Under the pieces are notes generated by a model that was not told where the DNA came from, ran no database searches, and saw only the letters and a program-made list of their open reading frames with translations. This document shows, one piece after another, positions 47,279 through 57,193 of a stretch of 64,000 bases of DNA; position 1 is the first letter of the stretch; each line of letters starts with the position of its first letter. Position numbers and translations under genes: made by a program. Where the stretch lies: contig JBJTQJ010000052.1 of assembly GCA_046075565.1 (NCBI GenBank), forward strand, positions 64,001-128,000, in the 5' to 3' direction. Origin of the DNA: Verrucomicrobiales bacterium. Lineage in GTDB: Bacteria > Verrucomicrobiota > Verrucomicrobiia > Verrucomicrobiales > SLCJ01.

Positions 47279-49180
47279 CTATTTTTCAGGTGATTTGGAT
47301 TCCGGGATCCAACGGTAAATGCGGTTGTCGTGCACCGGGCTTTCGAGCGCCCAGGCGGTGTAGGCCAGCTCGAAGCGCCCGCCATGCTCGACAAAATCGA
47401 GAACCTCGGGGTGGGTGGACCGGGCTTTCGACTCATGGCCGACATAGAGAAACAGCTTTTTCCCCTCCCCATCGGCCTTGGCACCGGCCTCCCGGACCTG
47501 TTCCAAGGAATCCGCCCAGCGCACGAGCGGGTCGTAGGTCACGGCGTCGCTCCAGAGGTCCAGGGTCACCACTTCCTTGTCGAAATTCGGAAAATCCCCG
47601 CCCCGGGCCAAGCGGACCAGCTCGCGCCCATCGGATTTTCCATGTTTCCAGAAGACCAGAATCGCGGAGACCGACGAAATGGCGAAAACGCAAGCGACCG
47701 CCCCCGCGAGCCAGCGTCCGCGACCGCGTGCACCCCCAAGACCCAGCCCGGCCAACACAATCATGCCCGGGAGGGCGGGAAGGGCATACCACCAGAGCAG
47801 GACATTTGCCGACAACACCGAGCGGAGGTAAAGCGGCACCAGCGAGAAAAAATGCAGCAGGGCCAACACCAGAACCACTTTGCCGACAGTGGATTTTTTC
47901 CACGCCACCCAGCACCCCCACCCCGCTAGCAGATAAAACGCGATAGCCCCGGCGGTCCGCAGCGGGGAATGGACCGCCCCGGGATTGACGGGATTTTCCC
48001 AATCGGCCAATCCCCATCCACAGCCGTTGCCGAGGAAAAACAAGGTGTCCCGCCACCATCCGGGGGGAATCGTGCCGACCATGGCGGGGTTACTTTGGAG
48101 CTGCTCGCGCAGTTGAATCATGCCGGGAGTAAGCACCAGACCGGCCGCTAAAGCTGCGAGCAATCCGCCGCCGGCCCAGCGCGTCAGATGATGCACCGCC
48201 TCGCGGCGGCCACCGATGATCCGCCATCCTGCCAGCATGAGAAAGATGCCCCCTTGGCCCAAAGCCACTGCGATCAAGGAGCCGGGATTGGCCCACATCG
48301 CGACCAACTGGCACATTCCATGCCCGACCCACGCGCTCCAGCGTCCGGACTGCAATGCGGCAAGCAGGAAAACATACCCGGCCATAATCGCCATGATCAT
48401 GATGCTGTAGCCCCGCGCCTCCGTGCTGTAGCGCACATGCCATGGATGGATGGCGAGAAGAAGGGCCATGGCAAATCCGGCCGAAGGACTCCCCATGCGC
48501 GCCCCGACCAAACCGGCGAGCAGAATCGTGGCCAGCCCAGCCAACAGAGGCGGCACCCGCGTCGGCCACTCTTTCACCATGCCATCCGGAGCCCCGGCGG
48601 CTTTTTTCCACGTGTCGTGGCCCACACGAGCGAGGATACTGTAGAGAAAGCCATTGTTGCCGGTGGAATTGCGGAAGGCGGTCTCCGCCCAACGCGGTTG
48701 GCGGAATTTTTCACCCTTTTCCCCGCAGTTTTTCCATTCTCCGGCGATGATGCGCACGTAGTTGTGCGATTCGTCGTTGTAGAGCGAATGGCCCATGCGG
48801 GGCAAACGGAGTCCGAGACCTAACAACAACGTGAGCAAAATCGCCGGCCAAAACCAGCGCGGGTGCGCGGGCGGATGCTCCAACAACCCAGGCAATTCCG
48901 ACGGGCCGATCCACCCCGGCTGATCGAGTTTGGAAAAAAGCCCGGCGCTCGCCGAGGCGAGAGCCGCCACCACCGCGACCGCCACCCCACTCCACCAGAG
49001 GCAGGTGGCCGCCATCGGCTCCACCCGTATTTTCCCCGCTCCTTCAACGGATGCCGCGGCCTCGGCCCAAGCCGTGCGGGCATCGCTGTTGGCAATCAAA
49101 ATACCCGCCACCAGCAAGGCCACTCCTCCCGCCACGATGGCCGCACGGTGGTTGCGGGCTCGGAAGTTCGTTGGGCCCAT
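47279..49180 (-). CDS. Multi-pass GT-C glycosyltransferase (PMT/ArnT-like); start uncertain
   Basis: LRL...SLYNDE; HVRYSTEARGYS; many TM helices. Confidence 0.75.
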   Translation of the reverse strand: MGPTNFRARNHRAAIVAGGVALLVAGILIANSDARTAWAEAAASVEGAGKIRVEPMAATCLWWSGVAVAVVAALASASAGLFSKLDQPGWIGPSELPGLLEHPPAHPRWFWPAILLTLLLGLGLRLPRMGHSLYNDESHNYVRIIAGEWKNCGEKGEKFRQPRWAETAFRNSTGNNGFLYSILARVGHDTWKKAAGAPDGMVKEWPTRVPPLLAGLATILLAGLVGARMGSPSAGFAMALLLAIHPWHVRYSTEARGYSIMIMAIMAGYVFLLAALQSGRWSAWVGHGMCQLVAMWANPGSLIAVALGQGGIFLMLAGWRIIGGRREAVHHLTRWAGGGLLAALAAGLVLTPGMIQLREQLQSNPAMVGTIPPGWWRDTLFFLGNGCGWGLADWENPVNPGAVHSPLRTAGAIAFYLLAGWGCWVAWKKSTVGKVVLVLALLHFFSLVPLYLRSVLSANVLLWWYALPALPGMIVLAGLGLGGARGRGRWLAGAVACVFAISSVSAILVFWKHGKSDGRELVRLARGGDFPNFDKEVVTLDLWSDAVTYDPLVRWADSLEQVREAGAKADGEGKKLFLYVGHESKARSTHPEVLDFVEHGGRFELAYTAWALESPVHDNRIYRWIPESKSPEK

Positions 49181-49245
49181 GGCGGGTGCTTTCGGAAAAC
49201 CAAAAACGCCCGCCGCGAGGGGCGGCGGGCGTTTTTTGAGCGGAA

Positions 49246-51579
49246 TCACTTCGTCTTGAAGTGAATCGAGGTGCGCCATTGGCTCCCCTCGGGGAAGCGG
49301 CGCAGGGTCATCGAATCCATCGTCGAGACCGTGTCGATGACCTCGCGGATGGTGTTTTCTTCGGAAAGAAACTCCTCGCGGGAAGAATCATCGGGGAACA
49401 CCGTGCTGGCGTTGTTCTTCGCCAGGTCGAGCCACTCGAGCGCCGTCTTGGTCAGCGGGTCGAAGCGCATTTTCAGGACCAGACCACGGGGAGCATTGGC
49501 GTCGGGTTTGGCGGCGGCCAGTTTGCCAGCCAGCATCTCCGAGAAGTTCTTCGACGTGCTGAGGAAGAAATACTTCTCGCTGATGGAAGCGGAGGGCAGG
49601 AAGTCGTCGTTGGTGAAGCCGCTGACCGGATACGAGAAGGTCTTCAAGCCGAGGCTTTCTTTCTCGCTGATCGACGGGTCGGGCAGATTGATCCTCGAAT
49701 CTTCCGGCATGGGCAGGGCGGCGAGCATGCCTTTGATGGCGGGCTCCATTTCCTTCCAGCCTTCGGTGATGAGGGCGCGGTTCACAACCGGGCGCAAAAG
49801 GGCCATACGCGGGACGCGGCCTTTGGTGAGCGCTTCCGGCAATCCGGGGAATTTCGGAATGGGAGCACCCATATCCATCACGAACGCGCTCTCGGAATCC
49901 ACCGCCCCGCCGATCTTGCCACGGGCCGCTTTCCAAAGGGCCGTCACATGTGGAAGCATCTTGTCGCGGAAGAGAGTGAACTGCTCGGCCATGCCCGCTT
50001 CCTTGCCGGGTTCGCTTTCGGCATAGCGATGACCGAGTTCGTAACCGATTTCGGCGAGATCCTCGAGCAGATCCACCACTTTGCTGGTGTAGTTTTTGTC
50101 AGCACGGGTGTGGATGGCCAACATGGTATCTTCGCTGTCGAGGGCATTCGCGAAAGCCAGAGGCACGCTCGCGTCGAGGTCGGGGCTGTCGGCACCGCCG
50201 AGGCCTTCGAAGCGGACACCATTTTCAAACCAGCCCGCGCCGCAGAAAGCGGTGTCGGTGCCACGGGCGAGTTCGGTGAGCGTCTTGCCGGCTTTTTCCA
50301 CCAGGGCAATCACATCGCGCAAGTCGCCCATGGATTTGATCTCGCCGAGCACACCCGTGGCCATATCGGAAAGCCAAGAGTAATCGGCCGAAGCGCGGAA
50401 ACTCTTGTTCACTTCCTCGGCAGCCATGAGCACGAGGAACGGATTTTTGCCTTTCGCTTCACCCAACATCGAAAACTCCGGGCGCGCGGCCATGGATTCG
50501 TCTGGCTTATCCGTGAATTTGAGGGCTTCCGGATTGGGTGCGAGGAACAGCACGAGCGATTCGCCGCGCAGGCCGAAGCCGAAGCTGACTTGCTTCTTGA
50601 TCAAGGCCGCGTGCAGCTTCTCGATTTGCGCTGGTTCGAGGTCCTCGCTCATGCCCTCGCGCATGTCGTCGATACTGATCATCTCCGCCGCCTTGACGGT
50701 GAACGAGACGAACTTTCCGCCGCCCATTTCTTTTTCTTCCTTCACGACAAAGGGCGGAATTCCTTCGGACATCTCGCTGTTCCACGAAGCCAGCATCTCC
50801 TGAACCTTGTCGGCCTTGCCTTTGGCTTCCACGGCGATATAAAGCATCGGGGGGTCCATCTTCTCGACGCTTTCAAGAATCACGTCGAAGTTTTTCTTCA
50901 GCACGTCGGTCATCGGGTTCACGTATGCATCGCTGGTATCCTCGATGAGACCCTGTTCCTGGGCCATCTGGACCAACGCCGTGCGATAGGTGGTGGCGTT
51001 GACCAAGTTCATCAGTTTGAGGAGTTGGGTAGTCTGGGTGCCGGTGCCGGGACCGGTGGCGACCGTCAGCTTGCCGCTGGTGAACATGTCGAAATATTCA
51101 CCGGCTTCCGTGCCAACCCCGACCGGGCTGTCATCCGGGGCTACCGCCGGCCCGTCGGCAGGGGAAGGTTCGCCATCGGGTGTCGTGGGAGCGGCGGGAG
51201 CGGCCGCCGCGGGTGCGGGCAGATCTCCTTCGCCGATGCCCATTTCTTCTTTGGCTTTTTTCCACAACTCGGTCCCTTCCAGCTTTTTCTTCACCTGGCC
51301 GAGGTCGAACATCACCAGCGTCTCGAAGTCCTTCGAGAGCCCGGCACCATGCCCAATCAACGGGGCGATTTCCGCAGCGCTGACCGAAGGTTTCGGAGCC
51401 TCCGGCGCTGGAGCGGGGGCCGGGGTTCCTGGTGTGGTAGCGGGGGCCGTGCTGACGGGTGCGGCAGCGGTTTCGTTGCCCGGAGGCGGAGTTGCGGCTG
51501 GTTCCTTTTTGCCGCATGATGGAATGACTGCCAGCGTAAAAGCCGCCAGCGCAAGTGGGATTAGTTTATTTCTTTTCAT
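49246..51579 (-). CDS. Large hypothetical lipoprotein
   Basis: Lipobox IPSC followed by a Pro/Ala linker; long ORF with coding-like third-position bias. Confidence 0.8.
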   Translation of the reverse strand: MKRNKLIPLALAAFTLAVIPSCGKKEPAATPPPGNETAAAPVSTAPATTPGTPAPAPAPEAPKPSVSAAEIAPLIGHGAGLSKDFETLVMFDLGQVKKKLEGTELWKKAKEEMGIGEGDLPAPAAAAPAAPTTPDGEPSPADGPAVAPDDSPVGVGTEAGEYFDMFTSGKLTVATGPGTGTQTTQLLKLMNLVNATTYRTALVQMAQEQGLIEDTSDAYVNPMTDVLKKNFDVILESVEKMDPPMLYIAVEAKGKADKVQEMLASWNSEMSEGIPPFVVKEEKEMGGGKFVSFTVKAAEMISIDDMREGMSEDLEPAQIEKLHAALIKKQVSFGFGLRGESLVLFLAPNPEALKFTDKPDESMAARPEFSMLGEAKGKNPFLVLMAAEEVNKSFRASADYSWLSDMATGVLGEIKSMGDLRDVIALVEKAGKTLTELARGTDTAFCGAGWFENGVRFEGLGGADSPDLDASVPLAFANALDSEDTMLAIHTRADKNYTSKVVDLLEDLAEIGYELGHRYAESEPGKEAGMAEQFTLFRDKMLPHVTALWKAARGKIGGAVDSESAFVMDMGAPIPKFPGLPEALTKGRVPRMALLRPVVNRALITEGWKEMEPAIKGMLAALPMPEDSRINLPDPSISEKESLGLKTFSYPVSGFTNDDFLPSASISEKYFFLSTSKNFSEMLAGKLAAAKPDANAPRGLVLKMRFDPLTKTALEWLDLAKNNASTVFPDDSSREEFLSEENTIREVIDTVSTMDSMTLRRFPEGSQWRTSIHFKTK

Positions 51580-51642
51580 GGTCTGGGAGGAAATGCGTCT
51601 AAGCATGCCCGTCTAGCCCGTCATCGTCAAGCAGGGATCCCG

Positions 51643-52074
51643 TTATTTGGACGGAAACCATTGATATAGAAAAAAATAGACAAGAACGCCCGTGACCGAA
51701 ACATAAAACCACGCTGGAAAGGTCCAGCGCGCCCACGCCTTGTGTTTTTCGAACCGGCCCTTGAGCGCGTGCCCGAAGGTCACGAAGATCAGGGGAAGGA
51801 TGACCATGGCGAGGATGATATGGGTGATGAGCATCGTGTAATAGATGGTTTTCCATATTCCCTCGCCGCCGAATGGCGTATGCACGCCCTGAACAAGAAT
51901 CTTGTGCGCCACATAACCGACAAGAAACACTGCCGACACACAGAAGGCCGACATCATGCATTTCCGATGCGCCTCCTTCCTTCCTGATTTGATGAAAATG
52001 AATCCGGCCGCCAATAGAATTGTGGCAATACTATTGAGAAAGGCGTTGATGGCGGGTATGTCCTGAACGGTCAT
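51643..52074 (-). CDS. DUF420 family membrane protein
   Basis: PAINAFLN, HRKCM, HIILA, WFYVSVTGVLVY. Confidence 0.9.
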   Translation of the reverse strand: MTVQDIPAINAFLNSIATILLAAGFIFIKSGRKEAHRKCMMSAFCVSAVFLVGYVAHKILVQGVHTPFGGEGIWKTIYYTMLITHIILAMVILPLIFVTFGHALKGRFEKHKAWARWTFPAWFYVSVTGVLVYFFLYQWFPSK

Positions 52075-52889
52075 GGCTGGGGAGTCGTGGGTTGATCCGA
52101 TTTGCGCCCGCCGGTCAGAGCGAGAAAAACCACCACCACGACAACAAGCCCGACCAGCCACCAGAGCGACCGCCCCTCGGGTTCCTGCTCGGAGAGCACG
52201 GCTTTCAAATCCTTCAGCAAGGTTTCACGGGTGGCCTGTGAACGCACGGGATCGATTTCAAGAAGGTTGTAATAACCGCGGATGTGGCCGGCACCATCCA
52301 CCAGCACGACCCGCGGATCGTGGGCGAATGGACCCTCGGCGGCAATGATGTCGGCCTGCGTCGCCGGATCATATCTCGTCACCTCCATGAGCTTGAACTG
52401 GCTGTCGGGTCCGGTCATCAAGGCGGTCATCTCCGCGGGTTTGTCGGTGGTGAGGAACCACCAGTTCGGCTTGTCCACCCCGTGCAACTCGGCCCAGCCT
52501 TTCAATCGTTCCGGGCGATCCGCTTCCGGTTCCAGGCTGAAAGCGATGAACTTCAACTTCTCCGGGTTTCCCGCTTCATCGCCAAGCGCGCGCAGTTCGG
52601 CGAGCACACCCATACATTGTTTCGGGCAAGAAGTGTAAACATACGAAGCGATGTAGGTCGAACCCGCCAGTTCCGCCAGATTGACCTTGCGGCCACTGCG
52701 CTCAATCATCTCCGGAGCTTGTTCGATGCGTCCGAGAAGTCGGGGGCGACCTTGTTTTGGGTCAGCGTTTTGCATCGACTGTTTCACGATGTTCGCACCG
52801 ACCACCACGCCGAGCGCCACGATGATCACGAGCATCCAAACCGTCCATGGATTGATGCGTCGGGAAGCGGGAGCAGGCGTCTGGGTCAT
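52071..52889 (-). CDS. SCO1/SenC family copper chaperone
   Basis: YTSCPKQC (CxxxC); FAHDPRVVLVDGAGHIRGYY. Confidence 0.88.
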   Translation of the reverse strand: MTQTPAPASRRINPWTVWMLVIIVALGVVVGANIVKQSMQNADPKQGRPRLLGRIEQAPEMIERSGRKVNLAELAGSTYIASYVYTSCPKQCMGVLAELRALGDEAGNPEKLKFIAFSLEPEADRPERLKGWAELHGVDKPNWWFLTTDKPAEMTALMTGPDSQFKLMEVTRYDPATQADIIAAEGPFAHDPRVVLVDGAGHIRGYYNLLEIDPVRSQATRETLLKDLKAVLSEQEPEGRSLWWLVGLVVVVVVFLALTGGRKSDQPTTPQP

Positions 52890-52992
52890 GGTGCCACACC
52901 ATACGTCCGGCCCGCGCAATGAGAAGCACTATTTGCATCGACAGACCCGGTGTGGCCCAAAAAATGGCTTCCTCGTGCTGGCGCCGGGCCTC

Positions 52993-53967
52993 TCACCGCA
53001 CGCGGCGGAGTTTCGTGACCAGCAACCGATTGCCGGAGCCCTCGATGGACTGCACTTGGCGATCCAATACCTGCCAGTGATCGGAAACAAGAACGTGGTC
53101 CAGCGGCAGGCCGAAGGGGGGCACGGGCATCCACGTGGATTGAAATCCGTGGCCCTTGCCACTGTCACGCAGGCGGCCATTCGCGAGCACCTCGTCGAAG
53201 AGATCGGAGAATGGATGCGCCCCAAGTGCTCCGGCGACGATGCGTGGCCCCTCGTGCGCCCCCGCCGCATCGGCAATGGCGAGAAGGGCTTGGCGGCGGC
53301 TCGGGAAGTCGGCGGCACGCCACGGACCCGGCGGCATGGTGGTGGCAAGACGGAAAAGCGACCCGTCGGTTAGCTTCAGGGTCCAATCACAGGAGGGTTC
53401 GCCCGCCTCGCGTGTCCGGGTGCGGCTGAGATCGCGCTCCAGTTCAAGCCGTGTGAAACACCAGAGACCGGGCGTATTTCCATCCGGCGTATTGATCCAA
53501 TGGACGGGATACCTTTCCCTTGCCGCTTGGAATGAGTCCTGGTAGAAGCGGTTACCGACACCGCCCGCGATCACGAGATCGGCATTGGCACCGAGGATTT
53601 TTTCTAACAACGCGGTGCTTTCACCATCCGGGTCGATGTGGATCACGGCGATGGTCAGAACCGGCCCTGCGGAAACATCCCCGGTGGGTTCCGGTCCCCG
53701 TTCGGGCAGGAAATATGGCACCACCGGCCAGACCAGCCAGATCGCGACCATGATGCCGAGAATCACCCGGCCGAGCGACAAACCAATCAAAAAGAGGATT
53801 GTGCCGGTGATGCAGAGAACAAGAACAAGCAACCGATAGGCAGTGATGGCCTCAACCCAAGCCCAGTGCCCACACCATTGCGTCAGCGCGGCATAGATCA
53901 TCGAACCGGAGACCGCCACGAACGGCAGCACCTTCATCCATCGAATCGGCCATTTGATCCACTTCAT
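52993..53967 (-). CDS. Endonuclease/exonuclease/phosphatase family membrane protein, partly degenerate motifs
   Basis: Three N-terminal TMs; IVAGALG, LPLDHVLVS, GSGNR. Confidence 0.7.
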   Translation of the reverse strand: MKWIKWPIRWMKVLPFVAVSGSMIYAALTQWCGHWAWVEAITAYRLLVLVLCITGTILFLIGLSLGRVILGIMVAIWLVWPVVPYFLPERGPEPTGDVSAGPVLTIAVIHIDPDGESTALLEKILGANADLVIAGGVGNRFYQDSFQAARERYPVHWINTPDGNTPGLWCFTRLELERDLSRTRTREAGEPSCDWTLKLTDGSLFRLATTMPPGPWRAADFPSRRQALLAIADAAGAHEGPRIVAGALGAHPFSDLFDEVLANGRLRDSGKGHGFQSTWMPVPPFGLPLDHVLVSDHWQVLDRQVQSIEGSGNRLLVTKLRRVR

Positions 53968-54521
53968 GTTCCCGCCGAGCCGGCTTGGATAACCTCTTCC
54001 TTGAGCACGCCGATGAAGGGAAGGTTGCGATAACGACCATCGTAGTCGAGTCCGTATCCGACCACGAATTCGTTCTGGATTTCAAAACCCGTGTAGTCGG
54101 CCTGCACTTCCACGGAACGCTCCTTTTTCTTGCTCAGCAGCACGCATGTCTTGACGCCAGCCGCGCCGCCCTCGCGGATGAGGCGTTCTTTCACGGCTTT
54201 CAAGGTCAAGCCGGTATCGAGGATGTCGTCGAGGATTAGCACATGGCGTCCCTCGACATTCGGCAACGGGGTGGCGCTGAATTTCACCTCACCGCTGCTG
54301 CTGGTTCCGCCGTGGTAACTCGAAGCGACCAATGTCTCGATGCGCAGCGGGATATGCACCCGCCTCAAAAGATCGGCCATCAGGATCATGCCCCCGTGGA
54401 GAATCACCAGCACGGACAGATGCTTGCCAAGATAATCGCGAGTGATCTGTTCGGCCAACTCGTCCAAACGGGCCAGAATGGTCGTTTCATGGAATAGGAT
54501 TTTTCGCAGGTCCTCGCGCAT
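53964..54521 (-). CDS. hpt: Hypoxanthine phosphoribosyltransferase
   Basis: VLILDDILDTGLTL; FVVGYGLDY..YRNLP. Confidence 0.96.
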   Translation of the reverse strand: MREDLRKILFHETTILARLDELAEQITRDYLGKHLSVLVILHGGMILMADLLRRVHIPLRIETLVASSYHGGTSSSGEVKFSATPLPNVEGRHVLILDDILDTGLTLKAVKERLIREGGAAGVKTCVLLSKKKERSVEVQADYTGFEIQNEFVVGYGLDYDGRYRNLPFIGVLKEEVIQAGSAGT

Positions 54522-54667
54522 GGACAATCCAACCCCATGGCGGGCGATCTGTCCACCGCGAATCGCCGCCCTCCAGGGTGGAGGGAAGGATTGATCGTGA
54601 CAACCGCCGGCGGGCCTGCTATGCCTCGGGATAGTCGCCGGATTTGCCATCCGGCGTCCCCTTTCCC

Positions 54668-55461
54668 ATGGCCCCTTTCACCGAAAAAGATCCCCGCGCA
54701 CTGGTGGTCGTCGGGCTTCTCGCCACGGCGGCATTTTTGCTGCTCGCCTTTCTCATCAAATCCGGTTTCGGAAGGTCGGATGCGGACGACCCGTCAACGG
54801 TGCCTTGGCAAATGCCCACGCCGCCCCCCGATGCCGCCGAGCGGGAAAAACTCGCCCGTGGTGTGATGGAGACCGTTCTGGCCGCGAAAGGATGGCGGCA
54901 GTGGTTGCCTTTGGTTCGGGATCCGGCGCGAGTGGAACCGATGATGCGGTCGCACCACGAAATCCAGGGCCACGGCCTGATTCCGGGAGGCACCAGCCTT
55001 TGGCGGATGACCGATGCCGGGTCAGCGGAGCGTATCGCTTGTTCCGCCCTTCTGCGATTGCCGGATGGTGAGATACTTCCCTTCGCTTTTGTGTGGAGCA
55101 ACGGCGCCTTCCGCTTCGATTGGGAGGACTGGTCCGCCCACGGAAGCATCGCCTGGCGGGAATGGATTGATTTGCGGCCCAGCCGGGAACACGAATTGCG
55201 TGTCCTTGTCGAGGCCGCCGATGCTTCCATCGGATCTCCTCCCGGCGCGCCCACGAATTGGAAGCGCGTGACCCTTTCCCATCGCGACTCGCCTGTGAAG
55301 TCAGTAGCCTGGTTGACCGGGGAAAAGTCACCCGCGAGATTCTCGGCCTCCTCAAAAACGGAGAACCTGTGCCTGTTACCGTGAAAACCCGGTGGGAAAA
55401 GGTCGGAGACATAGACGCCGCCATCGTCGTCGCGCTTGTGCATCAGGGATGGAGTCCGTGA
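54668..55461 (+). CDS. Hypothetical membrane-anchored protein with probable frameshift at 55323..55326
   Basis: FDWEDW motif; adding one A to GAAAAG continues into VTREILGLLK...VALVHQGW. Confidence 0.6.
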
Positions 55462-55532
55462 GTGAATTTGGGGATAGGGGCCGGAGCAGTTTTTTCATTG
55501 ACCGCCAACACCCAATTGGGCAACATGCATAA

Positions 55533-55895
55533 ATGCAACGACGTGGATGTCTTGGTCTCTTGTTCTCGCTTTCCGCTTTGCTAGTCTTGTCGAGTGGTTG
55601 GTGGGTTTGGAATTGTGCACCCATTAAAAATCCGGCAATCGAATTCGGATACTACGGGCGTTACCACAAGGTGCAGCGGGTAATCTCGCAGATCCCCGGC
55701 GCGAGTATTGTCGATTCATGGAAACACGAGGATATCGTGCTCGAAGATTTCGGATTCACCGTCTCCCTGCAAGGCAAAGAAGCGAAGCGGGTTAACTTCT
55801 GGGACGGCACACCGATCAAGGAAAGCGGCGATGACGAGGAGATCCGGTCTTATGTGTTGGCCGAGCTTCAATCGCCCGAAAGTGCGGTGAAGTAA
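55533..55895 (+). CDS. Hypothetical protein
   Basis: 120 aa with N-terminal TM/signal; overlaps the 3' end of the convergent gene. Confidence 0.55.
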   Translation: MQRRGCLGLLFSLSALLVLSSGWWVWNCAPIKNPAIEFGYYGRYHKVQRVISQIPGASIVDSWKHEDIVLEDFGFTVSLQGKEAKRVNFWDGTPIKESGDDEEIRSYVLAELQSPESAVK

Positions 55896-56761
55896 TCCGC
55901 GAGCAGGCTGGTGGCTTGTTTCTCTGCCTCATCCAGCGGAAGACCGACCGGCACACCCGGACGCTGGTGTTTCGTATGTGACAGCCAAGCGAATTTAAGC
56001 AGATCGGAGCGGCGACGGAGGATATCCAACGCTTTCGGTGGCGGGGGCGTTGATGCTTTGACCTCGAGCAAGGGAAGGAGATCGACCAAGGCGGCATGAG
56101 CCATGAGGCTATGGCCCTCGCTGCCGGGATGGACGCCATCGCCGGCGAAGACGAAGCGCGGCTCATTCTTTTTCCGCGTGGCGATGGCGGACTTCAAAGG
56201 CGCGCGCATGTCGGCGACTTTCCATCCCCGTTTCCGTTGCGCGATCAGCCACTCGGCCTGCGCATCGAGCACGGAATCGTAGCCGTGCTTGTCGGTGTCG
56301 GCATTGTCGATCCGAAACGGCGGAGGAGTCGCGAGAACAAGAGTCGCTCCGGCTTCGGTCGCCGCCGTGGCGAGTTTTTCCATGCCCTCGCTGTAGGCTT
56401 TCATCCTCGCTACATCGAGAGGAAGATAGATGCCGTCGTTCATGCCATAACAGGCGATGATGTGGGTGGGCCGATAGAGCGCGAGGATGCGGCCGAGACG
56501 TTCATGCAAGCAGGGCCGTGGGAAAGAACCGCCGGCATGACCGGGCTCCGACAAACCGGAAACCGTTTCACTCCCCAAGCCCATATTGACGATCTCGGCG
56601 GCACGGAATTTCGGGTCGGCACGCAAGGCGGCCTCGACTTCGACCGTCCATCCTCCGGCCTGGGTGATACTGTCGCCGAGAAACAACACACGCGGCCCGG
56701 CGGACGCAAGGGCCGGACAGAGGAGCAAGAACAGAAAACAAAACCGCGTGCCGCGTGTCAT
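55868..56761 (-). CDS. SGNH/GDSL hydrolase family protein
   Basis: FLGDSIT, GLGSET, YGMND, DGVHP. Confidence 0.9.
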   Translation of the reverse strand: MTRGTRFCFLFLLLCPALASAGPRVLFLGDSITQAGGWTVEVEAALRADPKFRAAEIVNMGLGSETVSGLSEPGHAGGSFPRPCLHERLGRILALYRPTHIIACYGMNDGIYLPLDVARMKAYSEGMEKLATAATEAGATLVLATPPPFRIDNADTDKHGYDSVLDAQAEWLIAQRKRGWKVADMRAPLKSAIATRKKNEPRFVFAGDGVHPGSEGHSLMAHAALVDLLPLLEVKASTPPPPKALDILRRRSDLLKFAWLSHTKHQRPGVPVGLPLDEAEKQATSLLADYFTALSGD

Positions 56762-56932
56762 CCGGACAAAACGGCGGCGGGACCGAGCATCTTGCCCAAT
56801 CCTGTCATTTTAACACTCTTATCGATATATTCTCCTCTTTCGCCTCGGCCCCTCGGAGCATGCGCGTCAAGTTAACAGGTTTGAGCCTGTTCCATCGGGT
56901 TTATCGAGGGGCGCCTGTGCCGCAAAAGTGTC

Positions 56933-57045
56933 GGAGTGCGCCGGCAGAGGGAGCCTTTGGCGGCCGTCGACGGCGCTTTGGGGGTGGAGCGTCCATGCCC
57001 AAAGCGGTGTCGTCCCCGACAAGTCGGGGGTGCCACCGCACTCCA
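56933..57045. repeat. Inverted GGAGTGCG-type REP pair
   Basis: 56999..57045 is 44/47 identical to 25030..25076; diverged inverted partner at 56933..56981. Confidence 0.8.
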
Positions 57046-57193
57046 CACATTGGCCGGCGCTTTGGCCGTATCAAAGCACCTCCTTTGGAGGATATCCCGC
57101 CAATTTTCCTTAATTTCACGCCTATGCCCTTTCAAAGGGGTGCCCTTCGTAGCTTCTGGTGCTAAACTCACAGGACCGGGCATCTTGCCCGCT

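Noticed and set aside
49261-51519. 752-aa ORF on the + strand
   Set aside because: Antisense shadow of the lipoprotein gene
55460-55900. Possible integron cassette
   Set aside because: No attC (RYYYAAC...GTTRRRY) structure or integrase found
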